From contig JAJUJL010000005.1 in NCBI GenBank assembly GCA_029265355.1, positions 168,339-232,338 on the forward strand: a stretch of 64,000 nucleotides of DNA, written 5' to 3'. This document shows, piece by piece, positions 18,466 through 27,356 of the stretch. The stretch's first letter is position 1; each line of letters begins with the position of its first letter. The DNA is from Chloroflexota bacterium. Lineage in GTDB: Bacteria; Chloroflexota; Anaerolineae; Anaerolineales; UBA4823. Both the position numbers and the translations under genes were made by a program. Below the pieces are notes generated by a model. It was not told the DNA's origin, did not search any database, and saw nothing but the letters and a program-made list of their open reading frames with translations.

Positions 18466-19536
18466 TTACAGATTAAATCGCACATGCATGATTTCGCCAT
18501 CGCGCAAGATATATTCCTTACCCTCCAGGCGCAGCTTGCCCTTTGAGCGCGCCTCGTTTAATCCACCCAGGCTGAGCAGCTCTTCACAGTGAACAACTTC
18601 GGCGCGAATGAATCCTTTTTGTAGATCGGAGTGGATCACACCTGCCGCTTCGAGCGCAGACGTGCCGCGCTGGATTGTCCAGGCGCGCACTTCATCTGGC
18701 CCAACCGTGAAGAACGACTGCAACCCCAGTAAATCGTATGACAGGGCAATGACTTTGGAAAGTCCCATCTCTTCGATGCCATATTCCGCCATAAACAATT
18801 GTGCATCTTCCCTGGAGAGCTGGGCCAATTCCATTTCCAGGCGCCCTTGCAGGCTGGTCACCGCGCTGCGTTGATGAGCGTAATTGATCGTTGGCGCCGG
18901 CTGATCGTCCGAGAGATTGAGCAACACCAACATTGGTTTGCGCGAGAGGAAGCCGAATCCGGAGATCATTTTCTCGTCTTCGCTGGAAATCTCCAGATCG
19001 CGCAGCGGCAAGTCTGCGGCCAGGTGTTCGTGAAAGCGATTGAAGAGATCGATCTCGCGCTCAATCAAGGTGCGATCACGCCCTCCGCCCTTTTTGCGTT
19101 CCTCTACTAACCTCTCTAACCGGCGTTCCACGGCGATCAGATCATTCAGCAGTAATTCAGCATCCATGGTGGCGATATCACGCCGTGGATCGAGGCTGCC
19201 AGCAGGGTGCGGCACGTTGAGATTCTCAAAGCAGCGCACCACGTGCACGAATCCATCCATTTGAGACAATTGGTTTAGCAACTGACCCGAGATGCCGCTT
19301 TTACTGGCGCTTCCCTCCAGGCCAGCGATATCGGCGTAGGTCACCTTGGCGTAAATGGTTTTTTTGGGATTGAAAAGTTTTGAAAGCCGGTCGACGCGTT
19401 CATCTGGCACATCGACGACCGCTGTGTGTACTTCAAAACGTCCCCCGCTCATGGTTACAGGCTGGTTACCCCGCGTAAGGGCATTGAAAATGGTGGTTTT
19501 TCCTGATTGTGGTAACCCGATGATACCTAATCGCAT
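18466..19536 (-). CDS. ychF: Redox-regulated ATPase YchF
   Basis: GIIGLPQSGKTT, DIAGL, SFFTVGPDEVRAWT, RLEGKEYILRDGEIMHVRFN. Confidence 0.96.
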   Translation of the reverse strand: MRLGIIGLPQSGKTTIFNALTRGNQPVTMSGGRFEVHTAVVDVPDERVDRLSKLFNPKKTIYAKVTYADIAGLEGSASKSGISGQLLNQLSQMDGFVHVVRCFENLNVPHPAGSLDPRRDIATMDAELLLNDLIAVERRLERLVEERKKGGGRDRTLIEREIDLFNRFHEHLAADLPLRDLEISSEDEKMISGFGFLSRKPMLVLLNLSDDQPAPTINYAHQRSAVTSLQGRLEMELAQLSREDAQLFMAEYGIEEMGLSKVIALSYDLLGLQSFFTVGPDEVRAWTIQRGTSALEAAGVIHSDLQKGFIRAEVVHCEELLSLGGLNEARSKGKLRLEGKEYILRDGEIMHVRFNL

Positions 19537-19628
19537 GCTGCTCTCCTCAAGTCATGGTTTTTTTGTGCCATGATCTTGACCGTGAAACTATCTTTCGTTA
19601 TACTTGATTGGAGGCTATAGCCCAGTGA

Positions 19629-19710
19629 GCCGAAGTGGCGGAATAGGCAGACGCGCACGACTCAAAATCGTGTTCCCTCGGGAGTGTGGGTTCGATTCCC
19701 ACCTTCGGCA
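19629..19710 (+). tRNA. tRNA-Leu(CAA)
   Basis: Acceptor GCCGAAG/CTTCGGC, D-loop GGAATAGGCAGAC, anticodon arm CACGA-CTCAAAA-TCGTG, long variable arm, GGTTCGATTCC. CCA not encoded. Confidence 0.97.
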
Positions 19711-19846
19711 CAGGCAATCCCAATCATTGGCAACAAGGGATTATAGCACAGGCTCTCCGGGGCTAATCCCGGAGAGCATTTTTTCCGCTCACTTTCTCAA
19801 CGACTAAGTGCGGCCTTTTCATGTTGCGTTCATCAGGAGGTGACGA

Positions 19847-21106
19847 ATGCCATCGCTCAATGAAATTCTGGCTGTCATCCTGGGAGGTGGGGTGGGGAAA
19901 CGCCTGTACCCGCTCACGCGCCAGCGAGCCAAACCAGCCGTGCCCATCGCCGGGAAATATCGCCTGATCGATGTGCCCATCAGCAACTGTATCAACTCGG
20001 GCATCAATCGCATCGCGGTGCTAACCCAATTCAACTCTGTATCATTGCACCGCCATATCACCCAGACCTACACTTTCGATGATTTCCACCGTGGTTGGGT
20101 GCAGATCCTGGCAGCCGAACAAACCCCGCGCAGCGCTGATTGGTACCAGGGCACCGCCGACGCGGTGCGCAAACAATTGTTCGAGATCAAAGCCACTGGG
20201 GCAAAATACGTGCTTATCCTGGCGGGTGATCATTTGTACCGCATGGATTACGAGCTAATGGCCGCTTTCCATTGGGAAAATAACGCGGATATCACTGTGG
20301 CAGTGCAGCCGGTGGCGGCGCAGGAAGCCTACCGCTTTGGACTGCTCAAGCGCACTGCCGATCATCGCATCGTTGCGTTTGTTGAAAAACCTCGCGATGC
20401 GGAGATACTGTCCCAATTTGTCAGCCGGGATGACCCGGAATATCCTTACCTGGGATCGATGGGCATTTATATTTTCAACACCAATGTGCTGGTCGAATTG
20501 CTGGAAGAAACCACCCAGGAAGATTTCGGCGGGCAGATCATTCCCAACGCCATACATACCCACACTGTGGTCGGTTTCGATTTCGATGGCTACTGGGAAG
20601 ATATCGGAACGATTCGTTCATTTTACGAAACCAACCTGCGCCTGGCGCTGCCGGACGCGCCGTTTAATTTCTATGATCCGGTTCGCCCGATCTATACCCG
20701 TCCCCGCTATCTCCCCGGTTCGGTATTCGATGGCGCTACGCTGCACAATGTGCTGATCTCGGATGGTTGCAAAATTCACCGCGCTGAGATCAGTGACTGC
20801 GTCATCGGCTTACGCAGCCAGATCGCGGATGGCGTGCGCCTGAGCAAAACAATTTTGATGGGCGCCGATTACTATGATACACCTGAAACCATCCACGCCT
20901 CGGGCATACCCATCGGTGTTGGCAAAAACTGCGACATCGAAGGAGCGATCATCGACAAGAATGTGCGCATCGGCGAGGGGGTGGTCATCAAGCCATTTCC
21001 ACGCGGGACAGAGTTGGACAGCGGCACCTGGGCTGTGCAGGATGGCATCGTCGTCGTGCCCAAAAGCACCGTGCTTCATCCTGGCACCTACATCGGACCG
21101 GATTAA
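19847..21106 (+). CDS. glgC: Glucose-1-phosphate adenylyltransferase
   Basis: ILGGGVGKRLYPLT, RAKPAVPIAGKYRLID, WYQGTADAVR, FVEKP, YWEDIGT. Confidence 0.97.
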   Translation: MPSLNEILAVILGGGVGKRLYPLTRQRAKPAVPIAGKYRLIDVPISNCINSGINRIAVLTQFNSVSLHRHITQTYTFDDFHRGWVQILAAEQTPRSADWYQGTADAVRKQLFEIKATGAKYVLILAGDHLYRMDYELMAAFHWENNADITVAVQPVAAQEAYRFGLLKRTADHRIVAFVEKPRDAEILSQFVSRDDPEYPYLGSMGIYIFNTNVLVELLEETTQEDFGGQIIPNAIHTHTVVGFDFDGYWEDIGTIRSFYETNLRLALPDAPFNFYDPVRPIYTRPRYLPGSVFDGATLHNVLISDGCKIHRAEISDCVIGLRSQIADGVRLSKTILMGADYYDTPETIHASGIPIGVGKNCDIEGAIIDKNVRIGEGVVIKPFPRGTELDSGTWAVQDGIVVVPKSTVLHPGTYIGPD

Positions 21107-21123
21107 TGCGTCAAAGGATAAGA

Positions 21124-21168
21124 TGGTGGGTTGTTTTGGACGGCTTCGCCACCGAAAACAACCCACCA
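21124..21168. terminator. Inverted repeat between convergent genes (likely bidirectional terminator)
   Basis: TGGTGGGTTGTTTT ... AAAACAACCCACCA 14-bp stem. Confidence 0.7.
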
Positions 21169-21231
21169 ATTAACCACATTCTCAATGCTGGCTGCCTTGC
21201 CAGCATCTTTTGTCTTTTCTGCGAATTTTGA

Positions 21232-21630
21232 TTAAGCTCGAGCGGGCTCCATCACCTGGGTAGTGATGTCGAACTGCGGCGGCTGCTCGAAATGTTTCTT
21301 TACTGCGCACAATTCTGCAGCGCGCACCAGCGCCGGAAGGTATTTTTCGGGGAAAGTTGGCGGCACCTGGATCTCCAGATCTATCTTGCCGACCAATCCG
21401 GTGAACATATTGCTGTGCATGCGCTGAACGATGCGAATGCCTTCGGTTGGCAGGCCGCGCTGCTGGCAAAAACCGAGCACGTAAATGCCAGCGCAGGTGC
21501 CAATCGAGGCCAGGAAGGTGGCAAATGGAGTCGGGGCTGTTGCTGCGGGCGGCTGGTCAGTCTTCACGGTGAAAGGGCCAAAGTGGGCGTCAACGCGCGC
21601 CCCGCCTGGAAAATCGATGATCATCTCCAT
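21232..21630 (-). CDS. OsmC family protein
   Basis: VKTDQP...PTPFATFLASIGTCAG...AELCAVKK with two conserved Cys. Confidence 0.85.
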   Translation of the reverse strand: MEMIIDFPGGARVDAHFGPFTVKTDQPPAATAPTPFATFLASIGTCAGIYVLGFCQQRGLPTEGIRIVQRMHSNMFTGLVGKIDLEIQVPPTFPEKYLPALVRAAELCAVKKHFEQPPQFDITTQVMEPARA

Positions 21631-21774
21631 GGATAAGTATCCTCCGGTAATGTGTAGGGTATGCTGTACGTGTTTTTAGATGCACAATTGGGCCATTGGT
21701 TGCAATATGAGGTGAGCCCATCCGGTTAAAACCAGGATAGGCCCACCCATCAAGGAGGAAAATTTTCCGCGATT

Positions 21775-23085
21775 CTATCTGACCCCTACACCGGGCAGAG
21801 CTGCAGATAGCGGCTGCTTGCCTCGGTACCAGAAAAAGCCCCAGTACAACGCCACCGAGATCACATATAAGATAATAGTGCCAGCGAAAGGCAGGTCAAA
21901 GCCATATTGCACCTGCAGCCAGCCGCTGATCGTGGGGCTGAATGCCCAGCCAAAATTCCATGCCATGCTGACCAGGCTGGCTACCATGGCGCGCGACTCG
22001 GGCTCGACGTGCTCCATTACATAGGTCTGGTAAACCGGACCGCTCATATTCATTAGTGCCAGGCGGATGTAGTATGCCAGCGCGCTCACCCAAAACCAGG
22101 GAGCAAAACCCAGCAAAATGAGAAATGGTATGGATAACCCTTGCGTGATCACCACCAGTTGGATCTTCCCCATACCATCCGCCAGGGCAGGCGCAATCAG
22201 CAATCCCAGGCCCATTGCCAGCGATCCCCAAGCAAACAAGGAGCCAATCACCGGGTCGGGTTGGTGATGAACCACGCGGAAAAAGACATTCATAAAGGGC
22301 ATGATCAGGCCGGCGCCAATCGAAGTGACCAGCATCGGCAAGATCAGTTTCCCCAGCAGGATTGGATGATGGCGGGCGTAACTCAGGGGAGCAAAGATCG
22401 AGCGCTCCGCTCCGTGTTGACCCGACGGGCGCAAGAGAAGGAGCGGCAGTAGGCTGGTGATATAGAGTATGGCAATGATGAACAGCGCAGCGCCATAGGC
22501 CTGGCTGCTGGTCGCCGCAACCTCCAAGGCGCTGGAGGCCCAACCGGGCAGATACCCGCCGATCCAGTTGCCCGCGGAGGCCATTGCCATCTGCAGGCCC
22601 GAGCTGAAGCTGAACAAATAGGTGCGTTCCTGCTCATCGCTATTTTCCATCAAAAATGGCGCCATGGAAACCCCCGCCAGGCTCTGCGCCAGGCCAGAGA
22701 CCACGTTCATCGCCATGAACATCCAGGCGAACGGCCACAGCACCATTAACAGAATAGAAGCGCTGACCAAGCCGGCGGAAAGGAGCAGCGAGCGCTTGCG
22801 CCCGATGAGATCAGACAGGTATCCCATCGGTAATGCCGCCAGCAGCGCCGTCAGGCTGCTGGCGGTGATCATACTGCCCAGCAGCGCCTCGTCAAAACCC
22901 AGGCTGAGCACGTAAAAGTTGAACAGCAGGCGAAATACACCCATGGCAATGCCAGCGATGATCACGTTGATCAAATAGAGCCGGGCATTCCGCTTGAATG
23001 AGCGCACTCGAGCAACATAGTCGCTGGCAACCCGCTGTGTCGATTCCCAAACTGCATAAGTCATTGAAGATTTTTTCCTTTCCAC
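21775..23085 (-). CDS. MFS transporter
   Basis: About 12 hydrophobic segments; GYLSDLIGRK motif A. Confidence 0.9.
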   Translation of the reverse strand: MERKKSSMTYAVWESTQRVASDYVARVRSFKRNARLYLINVIIAGIAMGVFRLLFNFYVLSLGFDEALLGSMITASSLTALLAALPMGYLSDLIGRKRSLLLSAGLVSASILLMVLWPFAWMFMAMNVVSGLAQSLAGVSMAPFLMENSDEQERTYLFSFSSGLQMAMASAGNWIGGYLPGWASSALEVAATSSQAYGAALFIIAILYITSLLPLLLLRPSGQHGAERSIFAPLSYARHHPILLGKLILPMLVTSIGAGLIMPFMNVFFRVVHHQPDPVIGSLFAWGSLAMGLGLLIAPALADGMGKIQLVVITQGLSIPFLILLGFAPWFWVSALAYYIRLALMNMSGPVYQTYVMEHVEPESRAMVASLVSMAWNFGWAFSPTISGWLQVQYGFDLPFAGTIILYVISVALYWGFFWYRGKQPLSAALPGVGVR

Positions 23086-23175
23086 AAAATCGCCGAAAAT
23101 GGTACAAATAACCAGGCATTGAGTGTGGCGGTTTACTCCAGGACCTCGCCGATGCTTATCACCATTTTGCTTGAG

Positions 23176-24276
23176 TCACTCCCGGGGTAACACCTGGCTC
23201 TCTCCAACCCGGAGAAATTGCTCCAGGTTGTCGAAAGTAACGGGGATACCCTCTCGGCGCAAGCTGTAACGCCGTTCACCGCTTTCTTGCAGCACAATGT
23301 GCACCAGCCCTGCCAGGCGGAGAATACTGAGATGATGCAGAACAGTCGGCGGCCGTAATCGCAACTTGCGCGACAATTCTGCCAACGTGAAGGTTTGTTC
23401 AGCCAGGTAACGCAGCATTCTCAATCGGGTGGGATCGGCAAGCGCCTTGAGCACGCGCAGCATACCATCCGGAATAACATCTCCCGGCACCAGCGAGACA
23501 TTTGCCGGGCGCGCTCCAAACAGGAAGCCCAAACGGTTATCCTGCAGGCGGCGGATGATCACCAATGGCGTTATCCAGATGGATGGAATAAAAATCACCT
23601 CCGAAATGTCGGCGGGAAGAGACAGGTGCACACCTTGAGACAGGGTATCCATCAAGCCAGTCAGGCTCATCTTTGCAGACTGCTCCTGCGCCTGCACTAA
23701 GCCTTGATACAACAAAGGCTGGACGTGCTTTTCCTCCTCGGCAAAAAAAACCTGGTAATAGGCTTGCAAAGCGCGAACCAGGCGCTCGCCTGTTTCGTGT
23801 GCGGTTGCCCAGGCTTCCAAACATTTTTTTAAGAAGCGCTCTTTTGGCAATTTATAGGGACTGTATACCGCTTTCAGAGCCTCCAGGTCCTCTGTTTGCC
23901 ATTTGCCGGCTTCGGCGATGGCATTCAGCCTTTGCTGGAAACTTTTATCCAGATGCAACGCAAGGGTCAGGTGAGTCAGTCGTTCGATTGCAGGAATCTG
24001 CTGTAATGCAGAAAGCGCCGCAGAAGCCTCCCGAAGAGCCGCAGACGAAAGAATCCACTCGATGGGCACGCCCATTGTTGGCATGAGGTCTTCCAGCAAT
24101 TGGCGGTCATTGGGTTGCAGGCGTGACCGAACCCCCGCAGCCCAGGAAGGGCGCAGGCCAAACAAGCCTGGATCATGCAGCACAATCAGGCTGGCAAAAA
24201 AATCATAACTGCTGCCAATATCCCAGGAGATTTTTATCTCTGCATCGCTCATTACCGTACAAATCCAATTAGACAT
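23176..24276 (-). CDS. ArsR-family regulator (C-terminal wHTH, long N-terminal domain)
   Basis: LKALADPTRLRMLRYL...TVLHHLSILRLAGLV. Alternative start at 24252. Confidence 0.88.
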   Translation of the reverse strand: MSNWICTVMSDAEIKISWDIGSSYDFFASLIVLHDPGLFGLRPSWAAGVRSRLQPNDRQLLEDLMPTMGVPIEWILSSAALREASAALSALQQIPAIERLTHLTLALHLDKSFQQRLNAIAEAGKWQTEDLEALKAVYSPYKLPKERFLKKCLEAWATAHETGERLVRALQAYYQVFFAEEEKHVQPLLYQGLVQAQEQSAKMSLTGLMDTLSQGVHLSLPADISEVIFIPSIWITPLVIIRRLQDNRLGFLFGARPANVSLVPGDVIPDGMLRVLKALADPTRLRMLRYLAEQTFTLAELSRKLRLRPPTVLHHLSILRLAGLVHIVLQESGERRYSLRREGIPVTFDNLEQFLRVGESQVLPRE

Positions 24277-24301
24277 TTACCTAATTAGACAATTATCTAA
24301 T
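24267..24301. promoter_or_regulatory. Tandem 16-bp quasi-palindromic repeat, candidate ArsR operator
   Basis: AATTAGACATTTACCT followed by AATTAGACAATTATCT-AAT (TTAG-N8-CTAA twice). Confidence 0.45.
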
Positions 24302-24800
24302 CTATCATATATCCGTTAATCGATCTCGTCAAGCATCCTCCCCATACATCCTTGAAAGTAAAAATAGTAGCCTTGCATACCCCCATATCTAGGGACTCTC
24401 TAACGCACCAGAGAACCCCTGACGTGTTTCTGGTTGTGGATAACTCGCGAAATACTGTGGATAAACCTGTTAATCTGGGGAAAACTTGCTTTTTTGTGCT
24501 AAAAATCCGTTCTTCGTAGACCCCCATATCTGGGGGATGCTTAATTTGTTTCCCGATATAGCCGCGCGCCTTTGTGGGATGGAAAAACAACTAGATCTTC
24601 TGCGAATCTCATCCAACCAGCCCTGGGGATAAAATCACCTGCGATTAACGCCATATCTGGGAATGCCTACGCCTGATCCCTCATCAATACGGTCTTTTCT
24701 GCCCGGTTTCGATTTTCTCCACATATCCACACCCCCTACGAAGACTACGATATATAAATTAAACAATCATCATTGGATAAAGAATCCAATTAAGAAAAAG
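24300..24800. other. Putative chromosomal replication origin (oriC)
   Basis: Perfect DnaA boxes TGTGGATAA at 24435 and 24456; near-matches at 24476, 24624, 24715 and 24723; then CCCC-CTACGAAGACTACGA-TATATAAATTAAA. parS pair ~10.5 kb away. Confidence 0.8.
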
Positions 24801-24806
24801 CCAGCC

Positions 24807-26378
24807 TCACGGGCTGGAAAAGTAACGTTGTCTTAATTGCCCGAAATCAGCCTCTGTAAACTGCGCCAATAGCTCAAAAAAACCTTGGGCAGTCGCGATT
24901 TGATTTCGATTTTGATCCACGTACGCTTTGAGAAAAGCGGTGAAGGATTCATCGCCAACGGTTTTGCGCAGTTCTTCCAAAAAGACAGCCCCGTTGAGAT
25001 ACACAGCATCGCGATAGGCGCGATACCCCTCAGGGTTATAGATACTGCCATCCACCGCGCCGCGCGGCTGGTAATAATTCACCCGGTATGTCCACCACCA
25101 ATCCAACGCTTCAGGGTAGTAACGTTCGAAAAACAAGCGTTCGCTGTAGGTGCACAATGCTTCGTCAAGCCAGGGTTCGTTCCCTTGATCGTTGCCTACC
25201 AACCCATAAAACCACTGGTGAGCGGTTTCATGCGCGGCAATGGCGATCAGATATTCCGCCGGCGTTCCCTGATACAGGTTGTAGAACCCATTGCTCAAAA
25301 AGTACAAACCGTCGTATTCCATTCCGTCCAGGAAATCTGCCTCTACCACAGACAGCGTCTTGCGTGGGTAATCGCCAAAAAGCTGGTTGAATAGCGCCAG
25401 TGCTTTGATGGTGGTGTCCAACACTGCCTCGCCCGCCGCGGGATGGAAAGGGAAGGTGTAAGCTGTGACTTCGACATTCCCAACCTGCGCACTTTTCACC
25501 TGGTATTGGGTGCTGACCGATAGAGCAAAGCCGCGCGCCTTTTCGAGGTGATATCGCCGCCACTCGCCCTCCACTTGAGCGGGGGCGCTGGCAGCAACAA
25601 CATGAAACGAGTTCTCGTCCGAAATTCGCAGATTCACCGTGAAATTGGCTGCTTCGTATGCCAGGTGTTCGCCAAAAAAGAAGGCCTTATTCGCCAACCA
25701 TCCGCTTCCCTCGCGATAGGGTGGAATGAATGGATACCAATCGACCAGGTTGGTCTGGCGTTCGGTGTAGCCGAAGGGTATAGGGCGTGTTTCTGCAGAG
25801 GGCGTCGGCGAGGGCAGTTGGATGGCATAGGAGATTGCCAGGGAAAGGATCTCTCCCGGCATCAATGGCGTGATCAGGGGCAGGGTGATCTGTCCCGTAT
25901 CCCAGGCAATTTCGCCGATCGCAGGCCCAGACTGGGAGGTGATGCTGTTGAGTTGAAACGCTCCCGGGTAATAGGCTGGCTCGATCATCAGGCGGATATC
26001 CGGCAGCGGTTCGCTGGAACGGTTCTGATAGCGGATTTGTTGATCGACGGCGATATAGTGGGTCGAATAGTTCAAGACCGCCGTCAGGGTATAGAATGCG
26101 CTGGGTTCAAAGCTGGCAGGAGGCGGGACGAAGGTGGGGGAGGGCGTCTCTGTGCCAGGCGCAGGATTCCCGGCGATCGCCGGTTGCGTGATGGCCGGAG
26201 GAGAGATTGGCAGCGATGTAGCGGTGCGCTCGATCAGGCTGGCATCATTGCCTTCGGGGCGGCTGGCCGGTGTTTGGTCAGGAGAATTGGCCTGGCAACC
26301 TGCCAATACCATCACCAATAAGATGAGCAGCAGCCAATGACGGGATCGCGGCCTGGATTTCATATCAAGCAAGACCAA
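24807..26378 (-). CDS. M1-family metallopeptidase, lipoprotein with Pro/Thr linker
   Basis: LAGC lipobox, GMEY, AHETAHQWF...WLDEAL, Y..GAVFL. Confidence 0.9.
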   Translation of the reverse strand: MVLLDMKSRPRSRHWLLLILLVMVLAGCQANSPDQTPASRPEGNDASLIERTATSLPISPPAITQPAIAGNPAPGTETPSPTFVPPPASFEPSAFYTLTAVLNYSTHYIAVDQQIRYQNRSSEPLPDIRLMIEPAYYPGAFQLNSITSQSGPAIGEIAWDTGQITLPLITPLMPGEILSLAISYAIQLPSPTPSAETRPIPFGYTERQTNLVDWYPFIPPYREGSGWLANKAFFFGEHLAYEAANFTVNLRISDENSFHVVAASAPAQVEGEWRRYHLEKARGFALSVSTQYQVKSAQVGNVEVTAYTFPFHPAAGEAVLDTTIKALALFNQLFGDYPRKTLSVVEADFLDGMEYDGLYFLSNGFYNLYQGTPAEYLIAIAAHETAHQWFYGLVGNDQGNEPWLDEALCTYSERLFFERYYPEALDWWWTYRVNYYQPRGAVDGSIYNPEGYRAYRDAVYLNGAVFLEELRKTVGDESFTAFLKAYVDQNRNQIATAQGFFELLAQFTEADFGQLRQRYFSSP

Positions 26379-26402
26379 GGATGGATAAACACCGAGATCT
26401 GC

Positions 26403-27356
26403 TCAGCCGGTCATCTCGGCGCGCACTTTTTGATACAAAGCCTCAGCTTTCAATTCACTGAGCGTGTAGCAAGGAGCATGGAGGTGTTCTGCCAGCGATT
26501 GCGCCAGTCCCTGGTCGAAAGCGGCGTGTTCCATATTGATGACCACGCAGCGAATTTCATCTCCGGCGATTTGATTTGCTATGCGGTGGGACTCTTCTTG
26601 AGGCGGCAGGTTTGTCAGGGATACATTGCCGGCGCCATCCGTCAGCAGAATGATCAGCGGGTTGACATCCGGGTGCACAATGCGCTCTTTGCGGATCACC
26701 TCGTGTGCCAGGAGCAAGCCGGCGGAGAGCGGGGTCTTACCGCCAACTGGGATATCGGCCAGTGAACGCTGCGCCAACTGCACCGAGTTGGTCGGGGGGA
26801 GCACCAGCGTGGCGCGATCTTTCTGGAAAACAACCAGGCCAACTCGATCGCGGCGTTGGTAGGCGTCGGTGAGCAGAGATAGGATAGCTCCTTTGGTGGC
26901 CGCCATACGCTCAGCGACAGCCATTGACCAGGAAGCATCCACCACAAACAGCACCAGGTTGGAGGCCTTCTTGATGCGAATTTTGCGCTGGTAATCGGAT
27001 GACCGCACTGCGAAAGCGACGCGTTTGCGCATCTCACTGCGCTGGCGTTGAAATGGCGCTGCGGCGCGCAAGGTAGCATCGAAAGCCAGGTCTTCTGGTT
27101 CACCAGGGGAAGGGCGCGCCTGGATGTAGCGGCCGCGTTTTCGATCGGTGCGGGTGCGCGAACGGCGGCCCCCTTGACGGCGGGTCATACGGTCCAGAGG
27201 ATTTTCGATTTTGCGCGGGACGAACGATTGCCCGATCTTGACCTTTTCGCCGCCTTCCCACCAGTTGGCGCGCCCGGTGTCGAACACCTGTTGGGGAGCT
27301 GGCTCTGCTGGTTGTCGGCTAGAGTCCTCTTCCGGTAAAATCTCCGGTGTTATCCC
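26403..27356 (-). CDS. C-terminal (linker + VWA) half of ChlD/CobT-like chelatase medium subunit, reached by -1 shift from the upstream ORF
   Basis: FVVDASWSM (MIDAS), GGKTPL, LLTDG. The frame is open upstream of the ORF-track GTG (27287) through the A10 run. Confidence 0.85.
   Translation of the reverse strand, partial: GITPEILPEEDSSRQPAEPAPQQVFDTGRANWWEGGEKVKIGQSFVPRKIENPLDRMTRRQGGRRSRTRTDRKRGRYIQARPSPGEPEDLAFDATLRAAAPFQRQRSEMRKRVAFAVRSSDYQRKIRIKKASNLVLFVVDASWSMAVAERMAATKGAILSLLTDAYQRRDRVGLVVFQKDRATLVLPPTNSVQLAQRSLADIPVGGKTPLSAGLLLAHEVIRKERIVHPDVNPLIILLTDGAGNVSLTNLPPQEESHRIANQIAGDEIRCVVINMEHAAFDQGLAQSLAEHLHAPCYTLSELKAEALYQKVRAEMTG

Noticed and set aside
24297-24590. 97-aa ORF inside the DnaA-box region
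   Set aside because: No homology cues; the region is better explained as oriC.
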